Below, piece after piece: positions 22,749 to 35,600 of a DNA stretch of 64,000 nucleotides (its first letter is position 1; each line of letters begins with the position of its first letter). The DNA comes from Macrostomum lignano (lineage: Eukaryota): positions 169,089 through 233,088 of the forward strand of contig NIVC01000576.1 of assembly GCA_002269645.1 (NCBI GenBank), in the 5' to 3' direction. Position numbers and translations under genes: made by a program. The notes beneath the pieces are model-generated. The model did not search any database, was not told the DNA's origin, and saw nothing but the letters and a program-made list of their open reading frames with translations.

Positions 22749-23616
22749 AAAATGCTTGTCCTTGGCTGTGCAGTGACTCCTGAATTGAAAATTGAACTTG
22801 TTGCGTTCTGTCTCCAATTTTATAATCCAACGCTTTTTTGTAAAGTAGTAGTAATAATAATAATAATAATATTGGTAACAATTACTAGTAAGTAACTTGA
22901 AAAATCAGTTTCATTAAAAAAGCAATTAAAACATACTACTTAGTACCGACTGTAACTCTAGTAGTAATTCGATAATTCATTGTTTTTTTCACCTGCCCCT
23001 ATTCTAATTTTTATTTCACATCTATTTACATAACTTGCTTGATTCTGAATTCCCTCCTCTGATTGCCTACTCGTCACCTTGTTCGTCACCTTGTTTGTTT
23101 GTTTGTTTGTTCAATAACTCGTAATAATTCACTAGCCCTACTTGCTAAATTATTATTTATTAACTAATCAGCATTGTTTGTAATTAAATTGTATCACCTT
23201 ACTATAAGTAGCCTGTATCTGTTAGTATGCTAACCTGTGCTTTTTGTGTGTTTATTTAGCTTTCATTTATCCGCGCATATGCATGCACCAATGTGTTAAT
23301 TAAAAAAATTAGAATTCAAATTTGTTGTGAATTCAAACAAAAAAAACAATTTGTAAATTCGCTTTGGTTTGGCGCAGTTTATGTAAGTTATTAATTAATA
23401 ATCATAAATTTACACATTTCTAAATATATAAATATACATGCCTGTTTCTGCACATTTGATGCATTGAAATTGTATATGATCAGTGGCACCTGATCAATGT
23501 CAATTCAGTGCGTCTGTCTCGGTGTCGACATGTTGTGGACTCTGACAGAGTGCTACATTTAATTGTTAAGGTGTTTTGTCGGCTTTTTTCCTCTATTCTT
23601 TATCCTTATTACCGAT

Positions 23617-24200
23617 TTCTTAAATCCACATTACCGATTTCTCAAATCCACATTACCGATTTCTCAAATCCTCCTTACCGATTTCTCAAATCCTCATTAC
23701 CGATTTCTCAAATCCTCCTTACTGATTTCTCAAATCCACATTACCGATTTCTCAAATCCACATTACCGATTTCTCAAATCCTCCTTACCGATTTCTCAAA
23801 TCCTCATTACCGATTTCTCAAATCCTCCTTACTGATTTCTCAAATCCTCATTACTGATTTCTCAAATCCTCATTACTGATTTCTCAAATCCTCATTACTG
23901 ATTTCTCATATCCTCATTACCCATGTCTCAAATCCACATTACTGATTTCTCAAATCCTCATTACCGATTTCTGAAATTCTCATTACCCATGTCTCAAATC
24001 CTCATTACTGATTTCTCAAATCCTCATTACCGATTTCTGAAATTCTCATTACTGATTTCTCAAATCCTCATTACCGATTTCTGAAATTCTCATTACCCAT
24101 GTCTCAAATCCTCATTACCGATTTCTGCAATTCTCATTACCCATGTCTCAAATCCTCATTACCCATGTCTCAAATCCTCATTATCGATTTCTCATAATCC
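23617..24200. repeat. Minisatellite, 22-bp unit
   Basis: Unit ccgatttctcaaatcctcatta. Confidence 0.95.
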
Positions 24201-24499
24201 ACTTCTCAAATGCTCATTGATCTGTAATTCTGTATGCTATATTAAGAAACACACGATAATTTCCGGTGCATTTCTAAGAAAGAACTCCAGACCAATAGTG
24301 GGTGACAGCTCACAGCAGGAAGCAGGCGGGGGTTATCGCATGCATTATGCATGGCAAACTCGCACTATTCAATAGCCCAGCTGAATATTTGCATTTGAGA
24401 CCCGCGCTTGCCACTGATGTCGAGCAATTAAATCAGTTTCCTTTCGTATCTTTGTTTGTTGTCATGGCGACCGCATCTTATCTAGCTGTATAGAATAGA

Positions 24500-27400
24500 A
24501 TGGCTTTGAAGGGTTGCTTAGCAACGGAAAATGTTCACAAAGGTGAAGTTCTTGATTCCTAACATTTATATTAGGTCTGTCACGGTCATAGTCCAGAGAC
24601 TGGGCCGCAAAATCTAGTTTGCATGCAGACAGTAAGGTCTTTGTCAATAGGATTATGCAATTAGTAGGTACAACAGTGGCTAATAATGCACTAATTATAG
24701 GCTTCATTGTTTTCTTTGCCTCCTATTTCAACTGTGCAACAGCTGCGCCAGCTACTCTCGAGGCCGGGTCAACAGGTGAGTTGAAATAGTCGAACTGAAT
24801 AGTCGTAATTAGTGATGATGCTGTTAGTATGTTATACGTTGCATAAAATATCTGATCTATCCTTTAGGCATCTGTCATTTCCTTTTTTGTGTTAAGAAGT
24901 GTAGATCTCGCTTTTCTTTGAGTCCAAATTGTCTATGGCCGAAACCCCCCAAAAATGATTTATCGCGCCACGGACCCCATCGATTGCACCCACGAGCACA
25001 GATTAAACTAAGGGCCACTGTGCACCCCGTGTGAGCGTGTGCACGAGTGCGTGCTGCAGCCTGTTTGAAGAATGATAACGCCAAAGGCTGTAATATCACT
25101 GTAATATCTGTATTAATTATTTCCACATAATTTTAGAGCAGATCACCACGGCCCAACAGACAACTGCTCTACGCGATAATGCTGTCCCGACAACTACTGA
25201 AAGTGGTTTGCATCCAGCGACTGTCAACGCTCCAGGATTATTTTCCACAACTATTTCGGATGTCGTAACCAGCGCAAAGGATACTACTGATGAGCCGATT
25301 GCAGTAGCCAGTACAGCATCTAATACTGCGCTAAGTACAACGTCTCAATTAGCAGCAGAAACGCAATTAAGAGTACCGCCGACTACACATTTGCTGGTCA
25401 CTGCAGCTCCACTAACAACATCAGGAGCAACAACAGATCGGCTAACAACAATGGGGGAAACAACAGATCGGCTAACAACAATGGGGGAAACAACAGATCG
25501 GCTAACAACAATGGGGGAAACAACATATCCACTGACAACAACAAGGACAACAACAGATCCACTGACAACAACGAGGACAACAACAGATCCACTGACAACA
25601 ACGATGACAAAAACAGATCCACTGACAACAGCGAGGACAACGACAGATCCACTGACAACAACGATGACAAAAATAGATTCACTGACAACAACGAGGACAA
25701 CAACAGATCCACTGACAACAACGAGGACAACAACAGATCCACTGACAACAACGAGGACAACAACAGATCCACTGACAACAACGAGGACAACAACGAGGTC
25801 AACAACAGATCCACCGACAACGAGGGCAACAACACATCCACTGACAACAACAGGGGTAACAACAAATCGACTGACAATGCCAGGAAAAACGATAAATCTA
25901 AAAACAACATCAGGAGCATCAGCGGATTCATCAACGACGTCACGAACAACAGATCCACACACAATAACGCAGCAATTAAGAGCAACGATAACACTCATAG
26001 CAACAGCGCAGCGAACAACTGACAAACAGTTAACAATGCAACCAACAAAACAATCGACGACACTACCAACCATGCAACCAACAACAAAGCAAACATTAAT
26101 AACAAGACAACAAACAACAGTACAACCAACAACATCACAACCAACAATTTCACAACCAACAACAGCACAACCAACAACAGCGCAACAAACAACGTCACAA
26201 CCAACAACAGCACAACCAACAACAGCGCAACAAACAACGTCACAACCAACAACATCACAACCAACAACAGCAAAACCAGCAACAGCACAACCAACAACAT
26301 CACAACCAGCAGCAACACAACCAACAACAGCACAATCAACAACACCGCAACCAACAACAGCGCAACTAACAACATCACAACCAACAACATCACAACCAAC
26401 AACAGTACAACCAACAACATCACAACCAACAACAGCACAACCAACAACAGCGCAACTAACAGCATCACAACCAACATCACAACCAGCAACAACACAACCA
26501 GCAACATCACAACCAACAACAGTACAACCAACAACATCACAACCAACAACATCACAACCAACAACAGTACAACCAACAACATCACAACCAACAACATCAC
26601 AACCTGCAACATCACAACGAACAACATCGCAACCAACAACATCGCAACCAACAACATCACAACTAACAACAGTACAACCAACAACAGCACAACCAACAAC
26701 ATCGCAACCAACAACATCGCAACCAACAACAGCACAACCAACAACATCGCAACCAACAACATCACAACTAACAACAGCACAACCAACAACAGCACAACCA
26801 ACAACAGCACAACCAACAACAGCACAACCAACAACATCGCAACCAACAACGTCACAACCAACAACAGCACAACCAACAACAGCACAACCAACAACATCAC
26901 AACCAACAACAGCACAACCAACAACATCGCAACCAACAACAGCACAACCAACAACAGCACAACCAACAACATCACAACCTGCAACATCACAACGAACAAC
27001 ATCGCAACCAACAACATCGCAACCAACAACATCACAACTAACAACAGTACAACCAACAACAGCACAACCAACAACATCGCAACCAACAACATCGCAACCA
27101 ACAACAGCACAACCAACAACATCGCAACCAACAACATCACAACTAACAACAGCACAACCAACAACAGCACAACCAACAACAGCACAACCAACAACATCGC
27201 AACCAACAACGTCACAACCAACAACAGCACAACCAACAACAGCACAACCAACAACATCACAACCAACAACAGCACAACCAACAACATCGCAACCAACAAC
27301 GTCACAACCAACAACAGCACAACCAACAACAGCACAACCAACAACAGCACAACCAACAACAGCACAACTAACAACAGCACAACTAACAACAGCACAACCA

Positions 27401-28570
27401 ACAACATCGCAACCAACAACGTCACAACCAACAACAGCACAACTAACAACAGCACAACCAACAACAGCACAATCAACAACAGCACAACCAACAACAGCAC
27501 AACCAACAACAGCACAACCAACAACAGCGCAACCAACAACAGCGCAACCAACAACAGCACAACCAACAACAGCACAACCAACAACAGCGCAACCAACAAC
27601 ATCGCAACCAACAACAGCACAACCAACAACGTCACAACCAACAACAGCACAACCAACAACAGCGCAACCAACAACATCGCAACCAACAACAGCACAACCA
27701 ACAACATCGCAACCAACAACATCACAACTAACAACAGCACAACCAACAACAGCACAACCAACAACAGCGCAACCAACAACAGCACAACCAACAACAGCGC
27801 AACCAACAACATCGCAACCAACAACAGCACAACCAACAACATCGCAACCAACAACATCACAACTAACAACAGCACAACCAACAACAGCACAACCAACAAC
27901 AGCGCAACCAACAACAGCACAACCAACAACACCGCAACTCACATCAGGACAGCCAACGTCACAATCAATAGCCTCACAAACATCGCAAACACAGTCAAAA
28001 GCAACACCAAATATGCAAACAACGGAGCAACAAGCAACAGCCCAGCCGGCAACATCAGAACCGCAAAATTCCCCTGCTAGCGTCTCAAGCTCCACTCCAT
28101 CGCTGGTCCAAGCACTGACCGCAGCTTCCCTTGCACTGCTGTCAGCTATCGTGCTGTCCTGCATTTGCTGGTGCACAATCGTCAGGCCCATAATTCTGCT
28201 GTGCAACTCGAAGTCAACCGCCACTGTAACGCCCGAAGCAGTCGTCAACTCTGTTGCTATAGAAACGGTTGCTAACGACGCTGACGCGGTAGAAGACGAC
28301 ACAGTCGCGATCGCGGGTGCTGTTGCTGTCCCAATGTCGGTGACGGTAGCTGGAACTGGTGCCAATCAGCTGAGCTGGTCAGCCAGATCCCGGCAGCCAA
28401 CGGCCAGACGGGGGCCGCCAAGAAGTGTCAAGAATCCACAGCTGGCCGCTTTGAATCGAGTAGTTGAAGGAGGCATCCAGCGGCACAGAGCTCGGATGCG
28501 GGCGAGGAATGCGAGAGTTCGCGGCGACGGGTGGCGGTGGAATCGAAGCGGTGCTGCTGCTGCGCTTTGA
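24500..28570 (+). CDS. Type I membrane mucin (Thr/Gln/Pro-rich), 3 exons, about 1183 aa
   Basis: Exons 24500-24542, 24701-24775, 25137-28570 (both introns phase 1, GT-AG). Signal-like GFIVFFASYFNCATA, PTTAQ/PTTSQ 15-bp repeats, hydrophobic TM segment ALTAASLALLSAIVLSCICWCTIV and a basic tail. Confidence 0.8.
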
Positions 28571-28689
28571 TTTGAGAATCTTTTAAAGCATGAGAGTTTT
28601 TAGTTACAAGCCCTAAATGGTTTTTACGGCCAGGATTGTTTATACGGTTCGTGATCGCTCCAGTTTCTCAAGGCCGCGGTTGGGGGTCC

Positions 28690-29045
28690 TCCAGATTCTC
28701 AAGGTCACAATTGGGAATCCCCAAGATTCTTAAGGTTAGGATTAGGGATATCCATTATTATCAAGGTTACGATTGGCGATCTTTCCACCCTGATACTCAA
28801 GGTCACGATTGGGAATCCAAATGATTCTCAAAATCACGAGTGGGGATTCCCAAGATTCTTAAGGTCACGACTGGGGATTCTCCAAGGTCACGAGTGGGGA
28901 TCCCCAAGATTATTAAGGTCACGACTGGGGATTCCCTAAGGTTACGATTGGTGATCTTTCCACCCAGATTCTCAAGGTCACGATTGGGGATCCCCAAGAT
29001 TCTCAAGGTCACGATTGATGATCACCCCGGATTTTCAAGGTCACA
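28690..29045. repeat. Minisatellite, 31-bp unit
   Basis: Unit cgattggggatccccaagattctcaaggtca. Confidence 0.9.
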
Positions 29046-29640
29046 GTCGCTACGGTTTTGTCAACCGCGTGGACCATAAAATTATTCCAATTGTATATAA
29101 TTTTAGCTGTATTCAGTTTCTTATTGTTATGAAGATTTTTATTACTAGTATTATTTAGTTCATTTTTTCTGTTTCATACCTCAAATGTACTTATTGCAAA
29201 CAATATAAATTATTTCATATTACGAGGAAACTTTTCTATTTCTCGTGCTAGCTAATGCTCATTAAATAATGTTTAAAAGAAAAAAATCCATATTTTCACT
29301 ACCTAACCAGTTTCGGACCTTTAAATATTACGGAAAATTCAACACGCTTTTTATTTTATTTTCTATTTTGAATATTTTGACAGAAATTACACAGAAGATT
29401 CTGGATAGTAATTAAAAAGTATTTAAATATCAAGTATTTAAAATCGAAATAGATAACTGGAAATAAACATTAATAATTATGCGATATAAAAAAGACGTAC
29501 TATTCAGAGGTGCATTATAAGTGTTAATAAACGACCTGTGACGCGAGAAAGAAGTAAAGAGAAGTGAATCAGTATAACAAATATTAAAATCAGTGTGAAA
29601 CTCAAAGTGCAACTGTCCTGAAATCTTCTTTGATCCCGGT

Positions 29641-29688
29641 TTAAGCAGGCACAAACAGAGGCTGGTACTGATTGCGCTTTGTGCTGCT
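29641..29688 (-). CDS. TBC/C2-like gene exon R (last)
   Basis: ttttcag|SSTKRNQYQPLFVPA*, phase 0. Confidence 0.7.
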   Translation of the reverse strand, partial: SSTKRNQYQPLFVPA

Positions 29689-32600
29689 CTGAAAATATTT
29701 TTACGATTTGTTAATTATGGACTCAGCGTTCGGGAATTTATCCTTATTTAATCAGGGAGACGGTGAAGTAGGGTGCAGAGATGGAGGCAGGGAGAGGTAG
29801 AGTGCAGAGTGGGAGGCAGGGAGAGGTAGAGTGCAGAGTGGGAGGCAGGGAGAGGTAGGATGCAGAGAGGGATACAGGGAGAGGTAGGGTGCAGAGTGGG
29901 AGGCAGGGAGAGGTAGGGTGCAGAGAGGGAGACAGGGAGAGGTAGGATGCAGAGAGGGATACAGGGAGAGGTAGGATGCAGAGAGGGATACAGGGAGAGG
30001 TAGGATGCAGAGAGGGATACAGGGAGAGGTAGGATGCAGAGAGGGATACAGGGAGAGGTAGGGTGCAGAGTGGGAGGCAGGGAGAGGTAGGGTGCAGAGT
30101 GGGAGGCAGGGAGAGGTAGGGTGCAGAGAGAAAGACAGGGAGAGGTAGAGTGTAGAGAGGGAGACAGGGAGAGGTAGAGTGTAGAGAGGGAGAGGTAGGG
30201 TGCAGAGAGGGAGACAGGGAGAGGTAGGGTGCAGAGAGGGAGGCAGTGAGAGGTAGAGTGCTGAGAGGGAGGCAGGGAGGGAGGCAGTGAGAGGTAGAGT
30301 GCTCAGTAGGATATTCAGTAGGAATCTCACAATCGCATTTTCGATGGCTTCCTGACAATTCTGACCGAAACTGGACTGCTCAAGCTGAGCAGAGTCGATC
30401 GCAGGCTGATAGTCAGCCGCTGTGGTCTTGGGCAGGTGCTCGTACACAGAGGTGTGAATCTGTTTGTGGGCGGGGGTTCGAATCGTTTTAATTACACTAC
30501 TAGCTCAATAAGGAGAGGCCATAAGCTCTGCGCATACCTTTGCGTTGTCTGGAGCCTCCTTGTAGCTCAGGTGACCGTCGACCACCGATAGCAGAGCGCT
30601 GCTGGTTGCCTGTTGTCGCAAGGCAGTTAAATATTTGCTCAGAAGAATGATAAATTTTAGTTGGGAACTTCCAGGAGCCAACATTCGCTCTGGGGTGAGT
30701 CGTCCTTTGTGAGTGCCGCTCTCCCAGAATCATCCCGCCAAAATCCGCTACGCTCAGCCCGTCGAAAATCACCCCAACGAAAAATTACCTCCGGTAATCG
30801 CCCCGAGAAATCACCCCCCTCAACAATCGCCTCCAAGAATTGCTCCCAAAATTGCTACCCATGAAAATCGCCCCCAAGAATTGCCCCTTCCCAAGAATCG
30901 CCCCCAAGAATCGCCCCCAAGAATCGCCCCTTCCCAAGAATCGCCCCCAAGAATCGCCCCTTCCCAAGAATCGCCCCCAAGAATCGCCCCTTCCCAAGAA
31001 TCGCCCCTTCCCAAGAATAGCCCTTCCCAAGAATAGCCCCTCCCAAGAATCGCCCCCCCCCCAAGAATCGCCCCCCCCCCCAAGAATCGCCCCCCCCAAG
31101 AATCGACCCTTCCCAAGAATCGCCCCTTCCCAAGAATCGCCCCCCCCAAGAATCGCCCCTTCCCAAGAATCGCCCCCAAGAATCGCCCCTTCCCAAGAAT
31201 CGCCCCCCCCCAAGAATCGCCCCTTCCCAAGAATCGCCCCTTCCCAAGAATAGCCCTTCCCAAGAATAGCCCCTCCCAAGAATCGCCCCTTCCCAAGAAT
31301 CGCCCCCCCCCCAAGAATCGCCCCTTCCCAAGAATCGCCCCCCAAGAATCGACCCTTCCCAAGAATCGCCCCTTCCCAAGAATCGCCCCCCCAAGAATCG
31401 CCCCTTCCCAAGAATCGCCCCCAAGAATCGCCCCTTCCCAAGAATCGCCCCCCCCCCAAGAATCGACCCTTCCCAAGAATCGCCCCTTCCCAAGAATCGC
31501 CCCCCCAAGAATCGCCCCTTCCAAGAAGCGCCCCCCCCCCAAGAATCGCCCCTTCCCAAGAATCGCCCCCCAAGAATCGCCCCCCCCAAGAATCGCCCCC
31601 CCCAAGAATCGCCCCCCCCCAAGAATTGCCCCCCCAAGAATCGCCCCTTCCCAAGAATCGCCCCTTCCCAAGCTTCGACCCCCTCCCAAGAACCCCCAAG
31701 AATCCCCGCCCAAGAATCCCCCCAAGGAATCTTCCTAAGAATCCCCCCTGAGAATCCCCCCAAGAATCCCTCCCAAGAATCACCCCTAAGAATGGCCTCC
31801 AAGAATCGCCCCCCAAAATCGCCTCAAAGAATCGCCCCCCAGAATCGCCCCCCAAGAATCGCCCCCCCAGAATCGCCCCCCCAGAATCGCCCCAAGCGTA
31901 CCACATGGGTGGCCAGCGCGCCGTCAACCTTGAGCGCGCCAGCCAGGCCCCGAGAGCGGATGGTGCGCACTCTGTTGGTGGTCAGCGGCAAGTCGGACTG
32001 GCTGAACACGGGCACCCGGTGACGGCCATTGTAGGTGTACTCCCTGAGTCAGTGGGTGAACAAATTAATGAATAATCACTTGCATGTTTATACTCAAAAA
32101 TAGTCAGTTATATCAAGTTGCTCACTCGTTCAACAGCGGGCACACGGCCCAGGCAACAAAATGATCTTTCTTCAGCTCCGTCACTTCCTGCTCGCCCTCG
32201 AAGAGTTTGCCGTCCCGATGGGCAACTCCGGGCAGGCGGAAGAACTGCACAAGCAGGGTGTTGGCTGGGTCCGACCGCGGGTTCAGCTGCTCCGCCCGGC
32301 GGGTGAACCTGCCGGCGCCTGGGGTGGGGCGGAGGTGGGGTTGGCTACCTGAGTCTTCTGGCCCTGAGCAGTCCCTTACGAGACACTGCCAGACAGTCGC
32401 CCCAGCCCTACTAGACAGTGTCTACCAGACAGCCACCCCAGCCCTACTAGACAGTGTCTACCAGACAGCCACCCCAGCCCTACTAGACAGTGTCTACCAG
32501 ACAGCCACCCCAGCCCTACTAGACAGTGTCTACCAGACAGCCACCCCAGCCCTACTAGACAGTGTCTACCAGACAGCCACCCCAGCCCTACTAGCCAGTG

Positions 32601-35600
32601 TCTACCAGACAGCCACCCCAGCCCTACTAGCCAGTGTCTACCAGACAGCCACCCCAGCCCTACTAGACAGTGTCTACCAGACAGTCACCCCAGCCCTACT
32701 AGACAGTGTCTACCAGACAGTCACCCCAGCCCTACTAGACAGTGTCCACCAGACAGCCACCCCAGCCCTACTAGACAGTGTCTACCAGACAGCCACCCCA
32801 GCCCTACTAGCCAGTGTCTACCAGACAGCCACCCCAGCCCTACTAGACAGTGTCTACCAGACAGCCACCCCAGCCCTACTAGACAGTGTCTACCAGACAG
32901 TCACCCCAGCCCTACTAGACAGTGTCTACCAGACAGCCACCCCAGCCCTACTAGACAGTGTCTACCAGACAGCCACCCCAGCCCTACTAGACAGTGTCTA
33001 CCAGACAGCCACCCCAGCCCTACTAGACAGTGTCTACCAGACAGCCACCCCAGCCCTACTAGACAGTGTAGGGTTAGTAGGTCACCCCAGCCCTACTAGA
33101 CAGTGTAGGGTTAGTAGGTCACCCCAGCCCTACTAGACAGTGTAGGGTTAGTAGGTCACCCCAGCCCTACTAGACAGTGTAGGGTTAGTAGGTCACCCCA
33201 GCCCTACTAGACAGTGTAGGGTTAGTAGGTCACCCCAGCCCTACTAGACAGTGTAGGGTTAGTAGGTCACCCCAGCCCTACTAGACTGCACAAACACGGC
33301 CATGGTATCAAAGCCGATGCCCAGAGCTTTGCTAGGCAAGGATTCCAGCTTCTTGGCCCCGACGATGGTCATGAGAGCGCCAAAAATGAGATCAGCCGAA
33401 GCCGCCGAATTTGGCTTCGGCAATCCGTAGGCGGCCTCAAGCCGGACGAAGGCGCCGGACAAGTCCCGATAGTGAAAGTGCAGCTCCTGCGGCATCGCTC
33501 TCGGGGCCGTGTTGGGCGGCAGGCACCTTGCCGGGTCCATTCGAGTCGGAACGTAGGCCATCACCTTTTGTTGGAGTAACATCAATAATATTTATTAGAG
33601 AGACAAGATTGATCAACAGTAGAGTGACAAGATTAATCACGACAAGAGTGACAAGATTAATCATGACAAGAGTGACGAGATTATTGATCAAAAAGAGTGA
33701 CAAGATTAATCAACAGAAGAGTGACAAGATTATTGATCAAAAAGAGTGACAAGATTAATCAACAGAAGAGTGACGAGATTATTGATCAAAAAGAGTGACA
33801 AGATTAATCAACAGAAGAGTGACAAGATTATTGATCAAAAAGAGTGACAAGATTAATCAACAGAAGAGTGACAAGATTAATCAACAGAAGAGTGACAAGA
33901 TCAATGAACAGTAGAGTGACAAGATCAATGAACAGTAGAGTGACAAGATCAATGAACAGTAGAGTGACAAGATCAATGAACAGTAGAGTGACAAGATCAA
34001 TGAACAGTAGAGTGACAAGATTAATCAACAGAGTGACAAGAGTAATCAACAGATGACAAGAGTAATCAACAGAGTGACAAGGATAATCAACAGAGTGACA
34101 AGAGTAATCAACAGAGTGACAAGGATAATCAATAGAGTGACAAGGATAATCAACAGAGTGACAAGATTATTTAACAGAGTGACAAGGATAATCAACAGAG
34201 TGACAAGAGTAATCAACAGAGTGACAAGAGTAATCAACAGAGTGACAAGAGTAATCAACAGAGTGACAAGAGTAATCAACAGAGTGACAGGGATAATCAA
34301 CAGAGTAGTAACACACCTGGTTATAGTCATTGGCGGCCACTTTCACAGTGTCCTGGCTCTGCACATAGTTAACCAACGGGGCGAACGTCTCCGGGTAGCT
34401 CTCGTATCTGTCGTGCTCGCGAAATACTCGCAGCTCAGCGTCCGTTGGCCGGCACTCCTCAGAGCGGTAGTAGCCGCTGGTGTAGTCAGGAGCGTCGATT
34501 GGCCGAGCACTCTGCGGGAGCAGGCGGAACAGGCCGGTCACGCAGGGCAGAGACTTGGCCTGCTTGATGGAGTCCAAGCTGGTGGCAAGAGAGGCCCGCT
34601 GCTGGCCCGCTGCCACCATGGAGGCGTGCTCTCGAAGCCGGAGCTGATGACCGCCGGTGAGTAGGCGACCCTGTGGGTTGATCAATAAAACCGTTCGTTT
34701 GCCCCCACTGGTTCAATCCCGAGCCAGCCACTGTTAAACCTACCAGTCACCGATTAAACCTACCAGACGCTGATTAAACCTACCAGACGCTGATAAAACT
34801 TACAAGACACTCATAAAACCTACCAGACTGCACTCAAATCTACCAGACAGAATCTACGATACTGAACTCAAATTTATCAAAACCTGCCAGACTGCACTCA
34901 AATCTACCAGAACATACCAGACGGCACTCAAACCTAACAGAACCTACCAGACTGCACTCAAATCTACCAGAAGCTACCAGACTGCACTCAAATCTACCAG
35001 AAGCTACCAGACTGCACTCAAATCCACCAGAATCTACCAGACAGCCCAATTGCACGCACCTTATTGTCGAATATCGGCAGCACGCAGGTTCCAACCACCA
35101 CCATTTCCAGATCTGGCTTGATCAAAGTGTACACCCTGATCACCAGCGCGCTGTCCTTGCCGAGGTTCATCGCGTCGGATGCGGTAATCTGAACCCGCTG
35201 GCCAGCAAAGAAATTTAAATTTCTTGGCGATAGCTTGGGATTTGGGACCAGCAGGATGTCTGGGATCTCCGTGTCGTGGCCCGTGTTTAAAAATCTGCCG
35301 GTGAGCTGCGAAGTCGGGGGTCGAGGAGGTCAAATAAGGTCAGCCAAAACATTTATAAACCGGGATCAACTGAGGTAAAAGGTCTATTTAGATGTATTGA
35401 TACTTGGGGTCAACTGAGGTCAATCAATCTATTTAGATACTGAGGTCAACTGAGGTCAGTCAATCCAATTAGATACCGAGGTCAACTGAGGTCAGTCAAT
35501 CTATTTAGATACTGAGGTCAACTGAGGTCAGTCAATCTAATTAGATACTGAGGTAAAAAGTCTATTTAGATGTATTGATACTTGGGGTCAACTGAGGTCA

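Noticed and set aside
25345-28365. 1006-aa and 645-aa minus-strand ORFs
   Set aside because: Antisense shadows of the mucin 15-bp repeat; the plus frame has the signal exons, TM segment and splice sites.
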